Assembly (NCBI GenBank): GCA_019913005.1 | Contig: JAIOHL010000190.1 | Span: 4,732 to 68,731 of the forward strand | From: Anaerolineae bacterium | GTDB lineage: Bacteria > Chloroflexota > Anaerolineae > Aggregatilineales > J027 | Reading direction: 5' to 3' | Length of the DNA stretch: 64,000 nt | Part shown: in pieces, positions 37,951-47,903 of the stretch | How positions within the stretch are numbered: the first letter of the stretch is position 1 | Layout: each line of letters starts with the position of its first letter | Program-made: the position numbers and the translations under genes | Notes under the pieces: model-generated | The model's database searches: none | What the model was told of the DNA's origin: nothing | The model's input: the letters and a program-made list of their open reading frames with translations, nothing else

Positions 37951-38090
37951 TGCGCTCTCTCCAAAACTTGTATCAAGTGCTTTTCTGCACGTAAGGAAGA
38001 TGACTACTTGCCCTATTATAGTGACAAGTACGTTTTGTAGCATTATGATAATCCGAATTGCCTACTTTTTTACAGGGAGAAGTCATCGTC

Positions 38091-39257
38091 ATGCCCACAG
38101 AACATCTATCTTCTTCACCTACTACGATAGATTTGCTGACCAGAGCCGCCAGTGATGTGATCCGGGGTTTAAGCCTGCCCCGTACACTGCAAAGCATCGC
38201 CGATGTGGTGCGCGAACTGGTGGGAGCGAAATATGCAGCGGTGGGCGTGCCTTCGGATGAAGGAGGTTTGCGAGCATTCATTACATCCGGGTTGCATCCA
38301 GCGGTGGCACGCGGAATTGAACATGAACCGGAGGGGTTGGGTTTATTGGGGGCACTGTTTGATACCGATTACCCGATTCGCCTCAATGATCTAAATGCTG
38401 ATTCACGCTCTAGCGGTTTTGTCCAAAATCACCCATTTATGAAAACTTTTCTGGGTGTGCCGATTGAAGGTCGCAATCATCAACGACTCGGCAATCTCTA
38501 TTTATGTGACCGACTGGATGGCAAGCCTTTTGACGAGGATGATGAACGGCTGGTGGTGTTTTTTGCGACGTTTGCCGCCATCGCCATCGAAAATGCTCGG
38601 CTGCATCAGCAATTACAAACCGTCGCCCTGCACCGTGAGCGGGATCGTATTGGCATGGATTTGCATGACGGGGTTATCCAAGAGATTTATGCGGTGGGCA
38701 TGAAACTGGAAATTATGCGTGGCAAAACGCATTTGACCCCCGAAGAAGAAACACGCTTTCAATCTATTGTGCAGGATTTAAACAACATCATTGAGAGCAT
38801 CCGGGGCTATATCCGCGATTTACGCCGCCCCACCGACGTACAAAGCAGCACGTTCCATCAGCAGATTGCCAACCTTGCCGAGCATTTCCGCGATTTTGCG
38901 GGGGTGGAAGTGGCCCTGTCCATTTCGGAAGAGCTACCGGCCTTAACGGATGCCCAACGGCACTCGCTTTCCCAGATTATTCGGGAAGCGCTGGCGAATG
39001 TGGCCCGTCACGCCAAAGCCTCCAGAGCCGATGTACACGTGGCCGTCGAGGATGAGGATTTGTATGTCATGGTGCATGACAACGGGATCGGGTTTAATAC
39101 GGCTGAAATCTTAAACCAAGATCATTTTGGGCTGCGTAATATGGAACAGCGGGCGAACCAACTGCGCGGTTTTATGCAGATTGAAAGTCAAGAAGGCAAA
39201 GGCACGACCATTCGGGTGGTGATTCCACTCAAACGCCCGGTTCCACCAGTGAAATAG
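38091..39257 (+). CDS. GAF-domain sensor histidine kinase (DosS/NarX-type, HisKA_3)
   Basis: GFVQNHPFMKTFLGVPI; ERDRIGMDLHD; EALANVARHA; DNGIGF; GLRNM. Confidence 0.92.
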   Translation: MPTEHLSSSPTTIDLLTRAASDVIRGLSLPRTLQSIADVVRELVGAKYAAVGVPSDEGGLRAFITSGLHPAVARGIEHEPEGLGLLGALFDTDYPIRLNDLNADSRSSGFVQNHPFMKTFLGVPIEGRNHQRLGNLYLCDRLDGKPFDEDDERLVVFFATFAAIAIENARLHQQLQTVALHRERDRIGMDLHDGVIQEIYAVGMKLEIMRGKTHLTPEEETRFQSIVQDLNNIIESIRGYIRDLRRPTDVQSSTFHQQIANLAEHFRDFAGVEVALSISEELPALTDAQRHSLSQIIREALANVARHAKASRADVHVAVEDEDLYVMVHDNGIGFNTAEILNQDHFGLRNMEQRANQLRGFMQIESQEGKGTTIRVVIPLKRPVPPVK

Positions 39258-39258
39258 A

Positions 39259-39298
39259 CCTCACCCCCAACCCCCTCTCCGACGCAGCGAGGGGGAGT
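39259..39298. repeat. REP-like palindromic element
   Basis: CCTCACCCCCAACCCCCTCTCC...GAGGGGGAG resembles the widespread CCCCTCTCC...GGAGAGGGG intergenic repeats. Confidence 0.5.
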
Positions 39299-39359
39299 AT
39301 CTCGATATTGATGGTAATTGCCAATTTCCTAATTTAGAAATTCGGATTTGACGGGTAGG

Positions 39360-39368
39360 TGCTATAAT
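39360..39368 (+). promoter_or_regulatory. Extended -10 promoter
   Basis: TGcTATAAT about 30 nt upstream of the ORF at 39398. Confidence 0.55.
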
Positions 39369-39397
39369 TGTGCATCTATCCGTTTATCGTTTGAGGC

Positions 39398-40255
39398 GTG
39401 ATTTACGTTATGACATCCCCCAAAATCCACCTGCTGGTTGCAATTCGGCTGCAATCCATTGCGCGTTACCGTGAAAATCTTAATACGGAGCCAAAATTTG
39501 CCGTCAATCTGGTGACCAGCATTGAAAAAATTCACGAGGCGCTGGCTGATAAGACGAAACGCTCGGATGTGTTGGTGGTAGATAATGGATTGGGTGATGT
39601 CCATACGCTGGTAAAAGAACTGCGCCAAAGTCATCCCCGTTTGTTGATTGTCTTGGTGGATGAAGAAGCTGATTTTGGGATGCCGGGGCGGGCTGATGAC
39701 GTTTCAACTGAGCCATTCAAAAACGATGAACTCATTAAGGTCATTAAACGCCTGTTTGAAGACCGCCGATTGGAAACATTACGAGCGGATACACTCCCCC
39801 CGGTGCGTCAATTTGCCAAATCACTGACCCGCGCCAAAGGCCCGGCCAAATCACAGGCGGCGGTGAGTGCCATTCTGGAATTGGGCTATGATTACGTGGC
39901 GTTTTATACGATTACGCCAACCGACCCACCGATGTTGACCCTTTCGGCACAAGAAGGGCCATCTTCGGTCACAAGTTTGGCCCCAAATCGCCTTGAATAC
40001 AACACCAGTTTGTTGGGATGGGTGGCGCAGAATGGGCAAAGCAAGATTGTGACGCAAGAGGATACCCCCAACCATCCCTTTATTTCCAAAGGGCGCTATG
40101 GGGTAGGGGTGGCGGTTCCAGTAGGGACGACGCTACGTTTTGGGGTGGTGTTTGCCTGCAAAGAAAAGCCGGGGGAAATTAACCCCAAAGATGTGCTGAT
40201 GCTCGAACTGATTAGCACCCAATTGGCGAGTGCGTTGGCGCGAGAAAATCGCTAG
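39398..40255 (+). CDS. Receiver-like + GAF domain protein
   Basis: SDVLVVD...IVLV...EPF receiver-like pattern; C-terminal LLGWVAQNG...VAVPV...LELISTQLASAL GAF pattern. Confidence 0.65.
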   Translation: MIYVMTSPKIHLLVAIRLQSIARYRENLNTEPKFAVNLVTSIEKIHEALADKTKRSDVLVVDNGLGDVHTLVKELRQSHPRLLIVLVDEEADFGMPGRADDVSTEPFKNDELIKVIKRLFEDRRLETLRADTLPPVRQFAKSLTRAKGPAKSQAAVSAILELGYDYVAFYTITPTDPPMLTLSAQEGPSSVTSLAPNRLEYNTSLLGWVAQNGQSKIVTQEDTPNHPFISKGRYGVGVAVPVGTTLRFGVVFACKEKPGEINPKDVLMLELISTQLASALARENR

Positions 40256-40282
40256 TCTACTCCACCAAAGGTTAGACCACAG

Positions 40283-41299
40283 ATGAATTATTATGTTGCG
40301 ATTGAAGGAGTCATCGGGGTCGGCAAGACCACGTTGGCTCGGTATCTTCAGCAGGCGCTTAATGCCGAACTGCAAATTGAGGTATTTGAAGAAAATCCAT
40401 TTTTGGCCCGTTTTTATCAAGACCGTGCGCGTTATGCCTTTCAGACACAGGTCTTTTTTCTGTTGAGCCGCTATCATCAGCAGCGCCGTTTGCATCAACT
40501 TCCCCGCCCATTAGTGAGCGATTACATTTTTGCCAAAGACCATCTATTTGCCCAATTAAACTTGGCGGATGACGAATTGGCGACGTATGAGAGTGTGTAT
40601 GAGGCGCTGGCGGAAAATATCCCCCAACCGGATTTGGTGGTATTTTTGCGGGCTGATACGCCAGTTTTGATGAGCCGCATCGCCGCACGTGACCGCTCCT
40701 ATGAACGCAACATGGATCGGCATTACATTGAAGAACTGCGGGTGGCCTATGACCGATTTTTTGCGGAGTACACCGCCGCGCCTGTGCTGGCGATTGATAC
40801 CAATCCTATTGATGTGGTGCAGGATGAAACGCAACGGGCGGAATTGATTGCGACGATTCGCGGGGTATTGGGGACAGGGCCACGTCAAGCCGCTTTGCCG
40901 GGATTGGCCGAAGAACCACCCGCCCTAGCCGAAGTAGCGAAATCTGCCGTTAGTGAGCCGAATGATTTGGATGTGCATATGACGGCGCGGCGCTTAGGTG
41001 ATTTTCAGCGGTTTCATCGGGCATTGGACAAGGCCAAGAATTTTAACCCCGATTTATTCCTGAATTTCGTCTTGCTGCAAGAGGAAATTGGTGAGATGGC
41101 GCGGGCGGTGGTGCAACATTGGAAAACGGGACAGCAAGACCGCGAACCTATCCCAAGCGAGAAATTGCGTTTGGAAATGGCGGACGTGTTGGCCTATCTA
41201 CTGAAAATTGCCAACTATACCGGGGTAGATTTAGAAACGGCCTACTTAGAAAAGATGGCGGTGAATCGTCAGCGCGTGTGGGATAGTTCGGCTGAATAA
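40283..41299 (+). CDS. Deoxynucleoside kinase fused to a MazG-like NTP pyrophosphohydrolase
   Basis: IEGVIGVGKTT, ENPFL, SDYIFAKD, RDRSYE; C-terminal LQEEIGEMA...EMADVLAYL...KMAVNRQR. Confidence 0.85.
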   Translation: MNYYVAIEGVIGVGKTTLARYLQQALNAELQIEVFEENPFLARFYQDRARYAFQTQVFFLLSRYHQQRRLHQLPRPLVSDYIFAKDHLFAQLNLADDELATYESVYEALAENIPQPDLVVFLRADTPVLMSRIAARDRSYERNMDRHYIEELRVAYDRFFAEYTAAPVLAIDTNPIDVVQDETQRAELIATIRGVLGTGPRQAALPGLAEEPPALAEVAKSAVSEPNDLDVHMTARRLGDFQRFHRALDKAKNFNPDLFLNFVLLQEEIGEMARAVVQHWKTGQQDREPIPSEKLRLEMADVLAYLLKIANYTGVDLETAYLEKMAVNRQRVWDSSAE

Positions 41300-41301
41300 T
41301 T

Positions 41302-41979
41302 ATGATGATGCAATCCAATCCATCACAAAAATGGTTTATTGCGGTGGCGGGCAATATCGGAGTCGGCAAAAGCAGCCTGACGCAATTGCTGGGCGAACGG
41401 CTCGGTTGGCAGCCATTTTTTGAGGCCGTAGACGAAAACCCCTATTTGCAGGATTTTTATGCGGATATGGCGCGGTGGAGCTTCCATTCGCAGGTCTATT
41501 TTTTGTCGCGCCGCCTGCAACATCACCGTAAACTGCTCGATCATCCGGGGCATGTCATTCAAGATCGCAGCATTTATGAGGATGCGGAGATATTTGCCAA
41601 AAATTTGGCGCTACAGGGTAAACTATCCGAACGGGATTACCGATGCTACCGCGATTTGTATGATGGGATTCGGGCATTTTTGCCGCCACCCCATTTGCTG
41701 ATCTATTTGCAGGCGCCGGTTGGGGTTTTGGCGGAACGCATTGCGATGCGTGGACGCGATTATGAACGGCAGATTTCGATTGAGTATCTGGCCCAACTGA
41801 ACCGCCTATATGATGAATGGGTGGAAACATGGACGGCCTGTCCCATTTTTGTGATTCCAGCGGCGACACTCGATTTTGTGCATCGGCCTGAAGATTTGGA
41901 ACAGGTTGCCAGCGAATTATTGGAAAGATTAGAGGCGATCCGGCTTAGAACATCCTCTAGGCGGGGAGATATGGATTGA
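41302..41979 (+). CDS. Deoxynucleoside kinase
   Basis: AGNIGVGKSS, ENPYLQDFY, QDRSIYED, RGRDYE. Confidence 0.93.
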   Translation: MMMQSNPSQKWFIAVAGNIGVGKSSLTQLLGERLGWQPFFEAVDENPYLQDFYADMARWSFHSQVYFLSRRLQHHRKLLDHPGHVIQDRSIYEDAEIFAKNLALQGKLSERDYRCYRDLYDGIRAFLPPPHLLIYLQAPVGVLAERIAMRGRDYERQISIEYLAQLNRLYDEWVETWTACPIFVIPAATLDFVHRPEDLEQVASELLERLEAIRLRTSSRRGDMD

Positions 41980-42638
41980 TGACGGTTGAACGGTCAAATG
42001 AACAGTGGTTGGCGGACTTGACGAGTGAGGATACGACGGCCCAAGCAGCCGCATTGGATGATTTGCGGGTCTATTTGCGGCGGGGGATTTTGTATTATCT
42101 GAGCCATGAACGCAGCGATCTTAGTGACCTGTCGAGCGAAGAACTGCGGCAGATGGCCGAGGATTTTGCGCAAGATGCTACGCTGCGGATTTTGGATAAC
42201 CTCGATTCGTTTCGGGGGGACAGCCGCTTTACGACTTGGGCGATGAAGATTGGGACACGCACCGCGATTAGTGAACTGCGCCGCGCCCGCTATAAAGATT
42301 TCAGTTTGGATGAATTGACCGCCGACGGAGAATTTCAATTGAAATTAGAGGGCGGGGACAACAATAGCCAGATGGTCAGCCCTGAACGCGCCACCGAACA
42401 GGTCAACGTATTGCAAATTATCCAACAGGCATTGGATGAAGTCTTGACCGAGCGCCAAAAAACCGCGTTGGAGGCCGTGACCTTACGTGGTGTTCCGATG
42501 GATATTGTGGCGGAACAAATGGGCACGAATCGCAACGCGCTTTACAAACTGTTGCATGATGCCCGCAAAAAACTACGCACCCATTTGGAAAATCAGGGCA
42601 TTGTCATGGGTTATGTGTTTAATCTGTTCCAAGAGTAG
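41976..42638 (+). CDS. ECF RNA polymerase sigma factor
   Basis: EDFAQDA, FRGDSRFTTWAMKI, NRNALYKLLHDARKKL. Confidence 0.88.
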   Translation: MMTVERSNEQWLADLTSEDTTAQAAALDDLRVYLRRGILYYLSHERSDLSDLSSEELRQMAEDFAQDATLRILDNLDSFRGDSRFTTWAMKIGTRTAISELRRARYKDFSLDELTADGEFQLKLEGGDNNSQMVSPERATEQVNVLQIIQQALDEVLTERQKTALEAVTLRGVPMDIVAEQMGTNRNALYKLLHDARKKLRTHLENQGIVMGYVFNLFQE

Positions 42639-44139
42639 TCACATCGGCTAGGGGCAGCCAAAAACCAAATGTACTGCCTTTGCTTTCGGGGCGATAAATC
42701 ACCTCACCGTCGTGCTGCTCGATGATAGATTTGACCAGACTTAGACCCAAGCCTGTCCCCGGAATGTGGGCGGTTTCCGGCGATTTGGCCCGCGAAAATG
42801 GTTTAAACAGCTTCGGACGGAATTCCTCTGGCACACCTGCCCCATTATCTTGGACTTCGGTATAGACCCGCTGATTCTCAACAAACACCTGCACTGCGAT
42901 CTTGCCACCATTCGGAGTGTATTTAATGGCGTTGGAAACGAGATTAAACAAGACTTGATGCAGACGGATGGCTTCCCCGTCTACAGTTAAAGCGGCGACT
43001 GGGCGTTCAATAGAAAGCTGGTGTTGATGATTATCCAGTTGGAGAGCCGATTGCTCTAATACCTTATCTACCAAAGACAGCCAATCAATTTTTTCGGTGT
43101 GTTGAATGCCCTTCATGCCGACCTGCTCCAAATCGGCCAATTCAGTCAACATGCCGTTCATCAATTCGTGGGATTCGGTAATCCACTGGGTCATGCCGCG
43201 TTGCGGCTCATTTAACAGTGGGCCAATGTCTTCTAGGAGAATGCCAAAATAGCCCATTGCAATTGCCAGCGGATGTTTGAGATCGTGCGAGGCCATGCGG
43301 ATGAGTTGGGATTTTAATTCGCTGAGTTCGTAATAAGGGTTGATGTCGGTGATAGCACACATGACATCTACCAGTGTGTCCTCCCCATCCAAAATGGGCG
43401 TCATGCTGTTGCGTACCCAATAGATGCGGCCCTGTTTGTGGCGAATACGATAATCGAGATTGACGACCTGTCCGGGCTGGATAGTCAGTAGGGCATTTTC
43501 AGCATTCGCCCGGTCTTCGGGTAGGATGATGTCCCAAAACAGGGCCGGATTATCAATAAATTCGTGGTTGGTGTAACCCGTCACTTTTAAACAGGATGGG
43601 CTGACAAAAACAAGGGACTTTTGAAAAAGGTTGTATTTACAGACCATATCTCCCACTGAGGACAGGATATTGTGTAGTTCATGGTGCGAAAAGTCGAGGG
43701 CTGTCCAAACGGCGCGGTCACGGATTTCATGGTGCTGTAAAGCTGTTCCAATTAACATGATACTGGGGTGATTATCGTCAAGCAGGATGGTTTTGGCCCG
43801 GATAAACAGCCAGATTTCCTCATGGTCGGGTCCATCAAATGGAAACTCGCCCTCCCAATAATCCAACTCTTTGAGCGTGTTTTGCAAATATGCCCACCAC
43901 TTACGGGTATTGGGAGAAAGGAAAATCTGTTGTGTGACGGGCTGCCCCACGACGGTTTGACGTGTTTGGTGAAATAATTCTTCGGCCCGCTGATTCCACT
44001 CCACAATTGTGCCATCATCATGGGTGTTGATTATGACATCGGGGAGTTGGTTCAGAAGATTCATACTATTGGGTACTTCCATTGATATTGTATAAGCATT
44101 CATAGATGTGCCATGTTTGGTGTGTTGATATGTTTTCAT
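42619..44139 (-). CDS. Cytoplasmic PAS-PAS sensor histidine kinase (start may be up to ~75 nt further downstream)
   Basis: Two PAS domains; ASHDLKHPL, NLVSNAIKYT, DNGAGV, GTGLGL. Confidence 0.9.
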   Translation of the reverse strand: MKTYQHTKHGTSMNAYTISMEVPNSMNLLNQLPDVIINTHDDGTIVEWNQRAEELFHQTRQTVVGQPVTQQIFLSPNTRKWWAYLQNTLKELDYWEGEFPFDGPDHEEIWLFIRAKTILLDDNHPSIMLIGTALQHHEIRDRAVWTALDFSHHELHNILSSVGDMVCKYNLFQKSLVFVSPSCLKVTGYTNHEFIDNPALFWDIILPEDRANAENALLTIQPGQVVNLDYRIRHKQGRIYWVRNSMTPILDGEDTLVDVMCAITDINPYYELSELKSQLIRMASHDLKHPLAIAMGYFGILLEDIGPLLNEPQRGMTQWITESHELMNGMLTELADLEQVGMKGIQHTEKIDWLSLVDKVLEQSALQLDNHQHQLSIERPVAALTVDGEAIRLHQVLFNLVSNAIKYTPNGGKIAVQVFVENQRVYTEVQDNGAGVPEEFRPKLFKPFSRAKSPETAHIPGTGLGLSLVKSIIEQHDGEVIYRPESKGSTFGFWLPLADVTTLGTD

Positions 44140-44398
44140 TAAAAAGGAAGAGTGCTTACAATATCAAGCTAAATATCATATTTTGGGATATTTTTCACAA
44201 AAATTAACTTCTCACCAAGACAAGGTTTTAAAGACGTTTTCCCCGTGTTAGATGGTTGTTAGAATTTGTGATGGGGGAACATTCTCATCATAGCTGAAAT
44301 TCGTTTCTCAAAATCCCCCGAAAAATTTGGGGTATTGGGAAGGGCCAAGAGGCGAGTAAAATTAAACATATCGGTTAATAGCTGGGGGAAATTTGTCA

Positions 44399-45349
44399 AT
44401 GAAATTAGAAGCACTTTTACAGGGAGTGAATGCTCCCAATCCAGAAACCCGCCTGAATGTCGTTCGCGTCTTGGGTATGGTGGAAGAAACACGGGCCTTA
44501 ACGGTGTTGGGTGAACGCTATAAGGTCGAACCCGATGCCACTGTCAAGCAGGCAATCCAATGGGCGGGGAAAAAAATCCACCAAGCCAGCCAATCGGGTT
44601 ATTCGACGATTAATGAAATCTTTCGATTTTTTGGGATTGACCGCGAGATTGCCAAGTTGGTTGACCCACGCGAAGAGGAATTGATGCGCCGGATGCAAAC
44701 CAGCATGGACAATGCCATGATTAAATCCCAACAAGATGCCGCGAGTCGCAGGATGACGACGGCGGCAGCATTGGGAGTTGGGGCGGCGTTGATCGCTGGT
44801 CCACTCACGGGAGGAATGCTGATGGGCAGCGCTATGACCGGGTCAGCTTCGGATATTGCGTCATCCAATATGGGAGGGCCACGCCGCGAGGAGCTTTCCA
44901 GCAAGCGTACCCCACCGCCCATTCCTTCGGACGTGAACATTACCATTTGGGTCAGACGGCTGCTGGAAGACCCCAACCGCGAAAATCGCAAAAATGCAGC
45001 GATTGAATTGGCGAATTTTAATAACCCGCTGGCTCTGCCGCACTTGGCAACGGCTCTGTTAAACGATATGGATCCGGTAGTGCGTGAGGCCGTCCAACAG
45101 TATGGAAAAGTGCTGTATTGGAAAATGATTTACTGGGAAATGGAACAGGACGGCACGCTTGAACAAGAATTTAAGGTGCGGGCTAAAGCAGCGGGTAAAG
45201 ATTTTGCGGAACAGGCTAAACTTAGTGAGACGGGGCCGCTTTCACCTTCTAAATCCGAGCCGCCACCGATGCCCCAAGCCAGCCACGCGGATATTGCCCA
45301 GATTTTGGCAAAGGCCGAGGCTGAACGAGCCAAACGCAAGAAACGGTAA
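44399..45349 (+). CDS. HEAT-repeat-containing protein
   Basis: RLNVVRVLG, RKNAAIELA...ALPHLATALLNDMDPVVREA; central hydrophobic Gly-rich stretch. Confidence 0.7.
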   Translation: MKLEALLQGVNAPNPETRLNVVRVLGMVEETRALTVLGERYKVEPDATVKQAIQWAGKKIHQASQSGYSTINEIFRFFGIDREIAKLVDPREEELMRRMQTSMDNAMIKSQQDAASRRMTTAAALGVGAALIAGPLTGGMLMGSAMTGSASDIASSNMGGPRREELSSKRTPPPIPSDVNITIWVRRLLEDPNRENRKNAAIELANFNNPLALPHLATALLNDMDPVVREAVQQYGKVLYWKMIYWEMEQDGTLEQEFKVRAKAAGKDFAEQAKLSETGPLSPSKSEPPPMPQASHADIAQILAKAEAERAKRKKR

Positions 45350-45431
45350 AGTCAACCACGCCCTCAGAGACTTGTCTGGTATTCGATTGGGGTGATGCTT
45401 AGGAAACCGCATGGTGATGGGGGTTTTGAGC

Positions 45432-45457
45432 ACGGACGCAACATGTTACGTCCCTAC
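45432..45457 (-). repeat. GTAG-type REP element
   Basis: Minus strand GTAG-GGACGTAACATGTTGCGTCC: GTAG followed by a hairpin. Confidence 0.55.
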
Positions 45458-45607
45458 GAAATAGACACATCTGCTTGTTCATGCGGTTTTTTACTAATGT
45501 CAGGCAAGCCTCCCCTGCCCAACGCAGTCTGTAGGGGAGGGGAAAGCAGTTGAGGAGAAATTTCGTTATTGTGCCTAAATTCACAGATCGTATTGCCCAA
45601 AACGACA

Positions 45608-45616
45608 TGCTACAAT
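45608..45616 (+). promoter_or_regulatory. Extended -10 promoter of the PGI/PMI operon
   Basis: TGcTACAAT about 50 nt upstream of ATG with SD AGGAG. Confidence 0.5.
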
Positions 45617-45665
45617 CACACGCATGTCGGTTTTTTGTCTCTATACTACCACTTAGGAGAAGCCG

Positions 45666-46736
45666 ATGAATTTGGATGATCTACAGCAAATACAGCAGTT
45701 AGACGCAACCAACATGTTGGGGCATATTGATGGCCTGCCCGAACAATTTGAAACGGCATGGGAGCACGCTCAAACCCAACTGCTGCCGACTTATTTGCCG
45801 AATATTCGCCAAGTGATTATTAGCGGGATGGGTGGCTCGGCCATTGGCGGCGATCTATTGGCTGCTGTCGCTGGTTTGACTTCGCCTATACCGATTTTGA
45901 TTATCCGGGGCTATGATTTACCCGCATGGGTGCAAGGTGAGCACACCCTCGTAATTGCCAGCAGTTTTTCTGGCAATACTGAAGAAACTCTCGCGGCTTA
46001 TGATGTAGCTAAGTCACGCGGGGCACATCTTTTGGCGCTGACGACAGGTGGTAAACTAGCCGCTAAAGCTAAACAGGATAGACAAACTCTGTGGTCATTT
46101 TCGACCAATATTGACCAGCCACGTGCAGCCATTGGCTGGTCGTTTGGGCTACTGTTGGGGTTAGCATCACGGGCGGGCTGGATGCAAAATGTTGGCCCAC
46201 AGGTTGCCGAAGCCGTTGCCAATATGAAGACCTACCGTGAAAAGTATGGGGTGAATGTTCCTGCGATGACGAATCCTGCCAAACGTCAAGCCGGGCAGTA
46301 TATGGGGCGTGTTCCGGTGTTCATCGGGGCGGGTATTTTTGAACCAGTGGCGCGGCGCTGGAAAGGGCAGCTTAACGAAAATAGCAAGAGCTTTGCGGTG
46401 CATGACCCCATCCCTGAGATGAATCATAACGCGGTGGTGGGGGTGAATTTTCCGCAGGAAGTTTTGAGTAAGCTGTCGGTCATGTTTATTGCGTCGCCCC
46501 AATATGACCACCCGCGTAATCATTTGCGGCATGACTTGACGCTGAATCTGCTGCTGCAAAATGGCATTATGATTGACCGCTTTACCCCGGCGGGCAATTC
46601 ACCGATTGCTCAGATGATGCACGCCATTCAATTTGGTGATTATCTGAGTTTTTATACCGCAATTGCTTATGGGGCTGACCCGGCGGTGATTGCGCCGATT
46701 ATGGAATTGAAACAAGCGCTTGCCGATCATCAATAA
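45666..46736 (+). CDS. Bifunctional phosphoglucose/phosphomannose isomerase
   Basis: GMGGSAIGGD, SSFSGNTEET, TTGGKL, QPRAA, RWKGQLNENSK, PEMNHN. Confidence 0.92.
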   Translation: MNLDDLQQIQQLDATNMLGHIDGLPEQFETAWEHAQTQLLPTYLPNIRQVIISGMGGSAIGGDLLAAVAGLTSPIPILIIRGYDLPAWVQGEHTLVIASSFSGNTEETLAAYDVAKSRGAHLLALTTGGKLAAKAKQDRQTLWSFSTNIDQPRAAIGWSFGLLLGLASRAGWMQNVGPQVAEAVANMKTYREKYGVNVPAMTNPAKRQAGQYMGRVPVFIGAGIFEPVARRWKGQLNENSKSFAVHDPIPEMNHNAVVGVNFPQEVLSKLSVMFIASPQYDHPRNHLRHDLTLNLLLQNGIMIDRFTPAGNSPIAQMMHAIQFGDYLSFYTAIAYGADPAVIAPIMELKQALADHQ

Positions 46737-46790
46737 ATGAGGGTCGGTTTACATCAACGTTGGTTTTATTTAAGGAGATTTGCACTGATT

Positions 46791-47903
46791 ATGACGCAGA
46801 AGCCTGACCATGTTCGTTTGTATATCCCCGGCCCCATTGAAGTGCGCAAAGAAGTGTTGGAGGCGCAAACTGAATGGATGATTGGACATCGCTCCAAAGC
46901 CTTTGCTGACCTGTATGGTCGGCTGCAACCCAAATTGCAGCAGAGTTTTTATACCCAAAATCGAGTTTTTATCTTTACATCGTCCGGCACGGGGGTGTGG
47001 GAAGCCGCATCGCGTAACTGTGTGCGTGATGAAGGACGCATCTTGCATCTAGTCTGTGGTTCATTCAGTGAACGCTGGGCCGAAGTCAGCCAACTGAATG
47101 GCAAGCAGGTAGACGTGTTGGAAGTAGAATGGGGTCTGCCGATTGTGGCTGAACAATTAGCGGATGCCCTCAAGCAGAAACATTATGACGCGGTGGCCTG
47201 TGTTTATAACGAAACCAGTTCGGGGGTGATTAACCCACTGGCGGAATATGCCAAAGTGATGGAGGGCTATCAAGACACCCTGTTTTTGGTAGACACGGTA
47301 AGCTGCTATATGGGTGCGCCGCTGTTGGTGGATGAGTGGGGTATTGATATTTGCCTAACCAGCACACAAAAAGCCTTTGGTCTGCCCCCCGGCATGGCCT
47401 TTGGTACCATTTCGCAAGCAGTGTTGGATCGCGCCAAGACGGTCAAGAATCGCGGCTATTATTTTGATCTGATCGAAATGGATAAACACCACCAAAAGAA
47501 TAACACCCCAGCTACCCCGCCTGTTTCGCTGATGTTTGCGGCGGATAAGCAGTTGAATGACATTCTGGCGGAAGGCATCCCGAATCGCATGGCCCGTCAT
47601 CAACATCTGGCGGAAATGACCCGCGCTTGGGGGACGAGTGCTGGATTTGGCCTGCTTGCACCAGAAGGCTATCGCTCACCGACACTGACCGTCTTTGAAA
47701 ATACGCTTAAGGTAGATATTAAGGCGCTCAATGGCTTTTTGCGCGGGCGGGGTATGGAAATCGCCGATGGGTATGGCAAGCTGAAGGATCGCACCTTCCG
47801 TATTGCCCACATGGGCGATATGCAACCGACACACATGGAAGAACTGTTTGCCAATATTGATGACTATCTGGCAACGAACCACAATGGAAATGGGGCGAAC
47901 TAG
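46791..47903 (+). CDS. Class V aminotransferase (serine-pyruvate/phosphoserine-type)
   Basis: IPGP, GHRS, SSGTG, NETSSG, VDTVS, STQKAFGLPPG, FRIAHMG. Confidence 0.92.
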   Translation: MTQKPDHVRLYIPGPIEVRKEVLEAQTEWMIGHRSKAFADLYGRLQPKLQQSFYTQNRVFIFTSSGTGVWEAASRNCVRDEGRILHLVCGSFSERWAEVSQLNGKQVDVLEVEWGLPIVAEQLADALKQKHYDAVACVYNETSSGVINPLAEYAKVMEGYQDTLFLVDTVSCYMGAPLLVDEWGIDICLTSTQKAFGLPPGMAFGTISQAVLDRAKTVKNRGYYFDLIEMDKHHQKNNTPATPPVSLMFAADKQLNDILAEGIPNRMARHQHLAEMTRAWGTSAGFGLLAPEGYRSPTLTVFENTLKVDIKALNGFLRGRGMEIADGYGKLKDRTFRIAHMGDMQPTHMEELFANIDDYLATNHNGNGAN

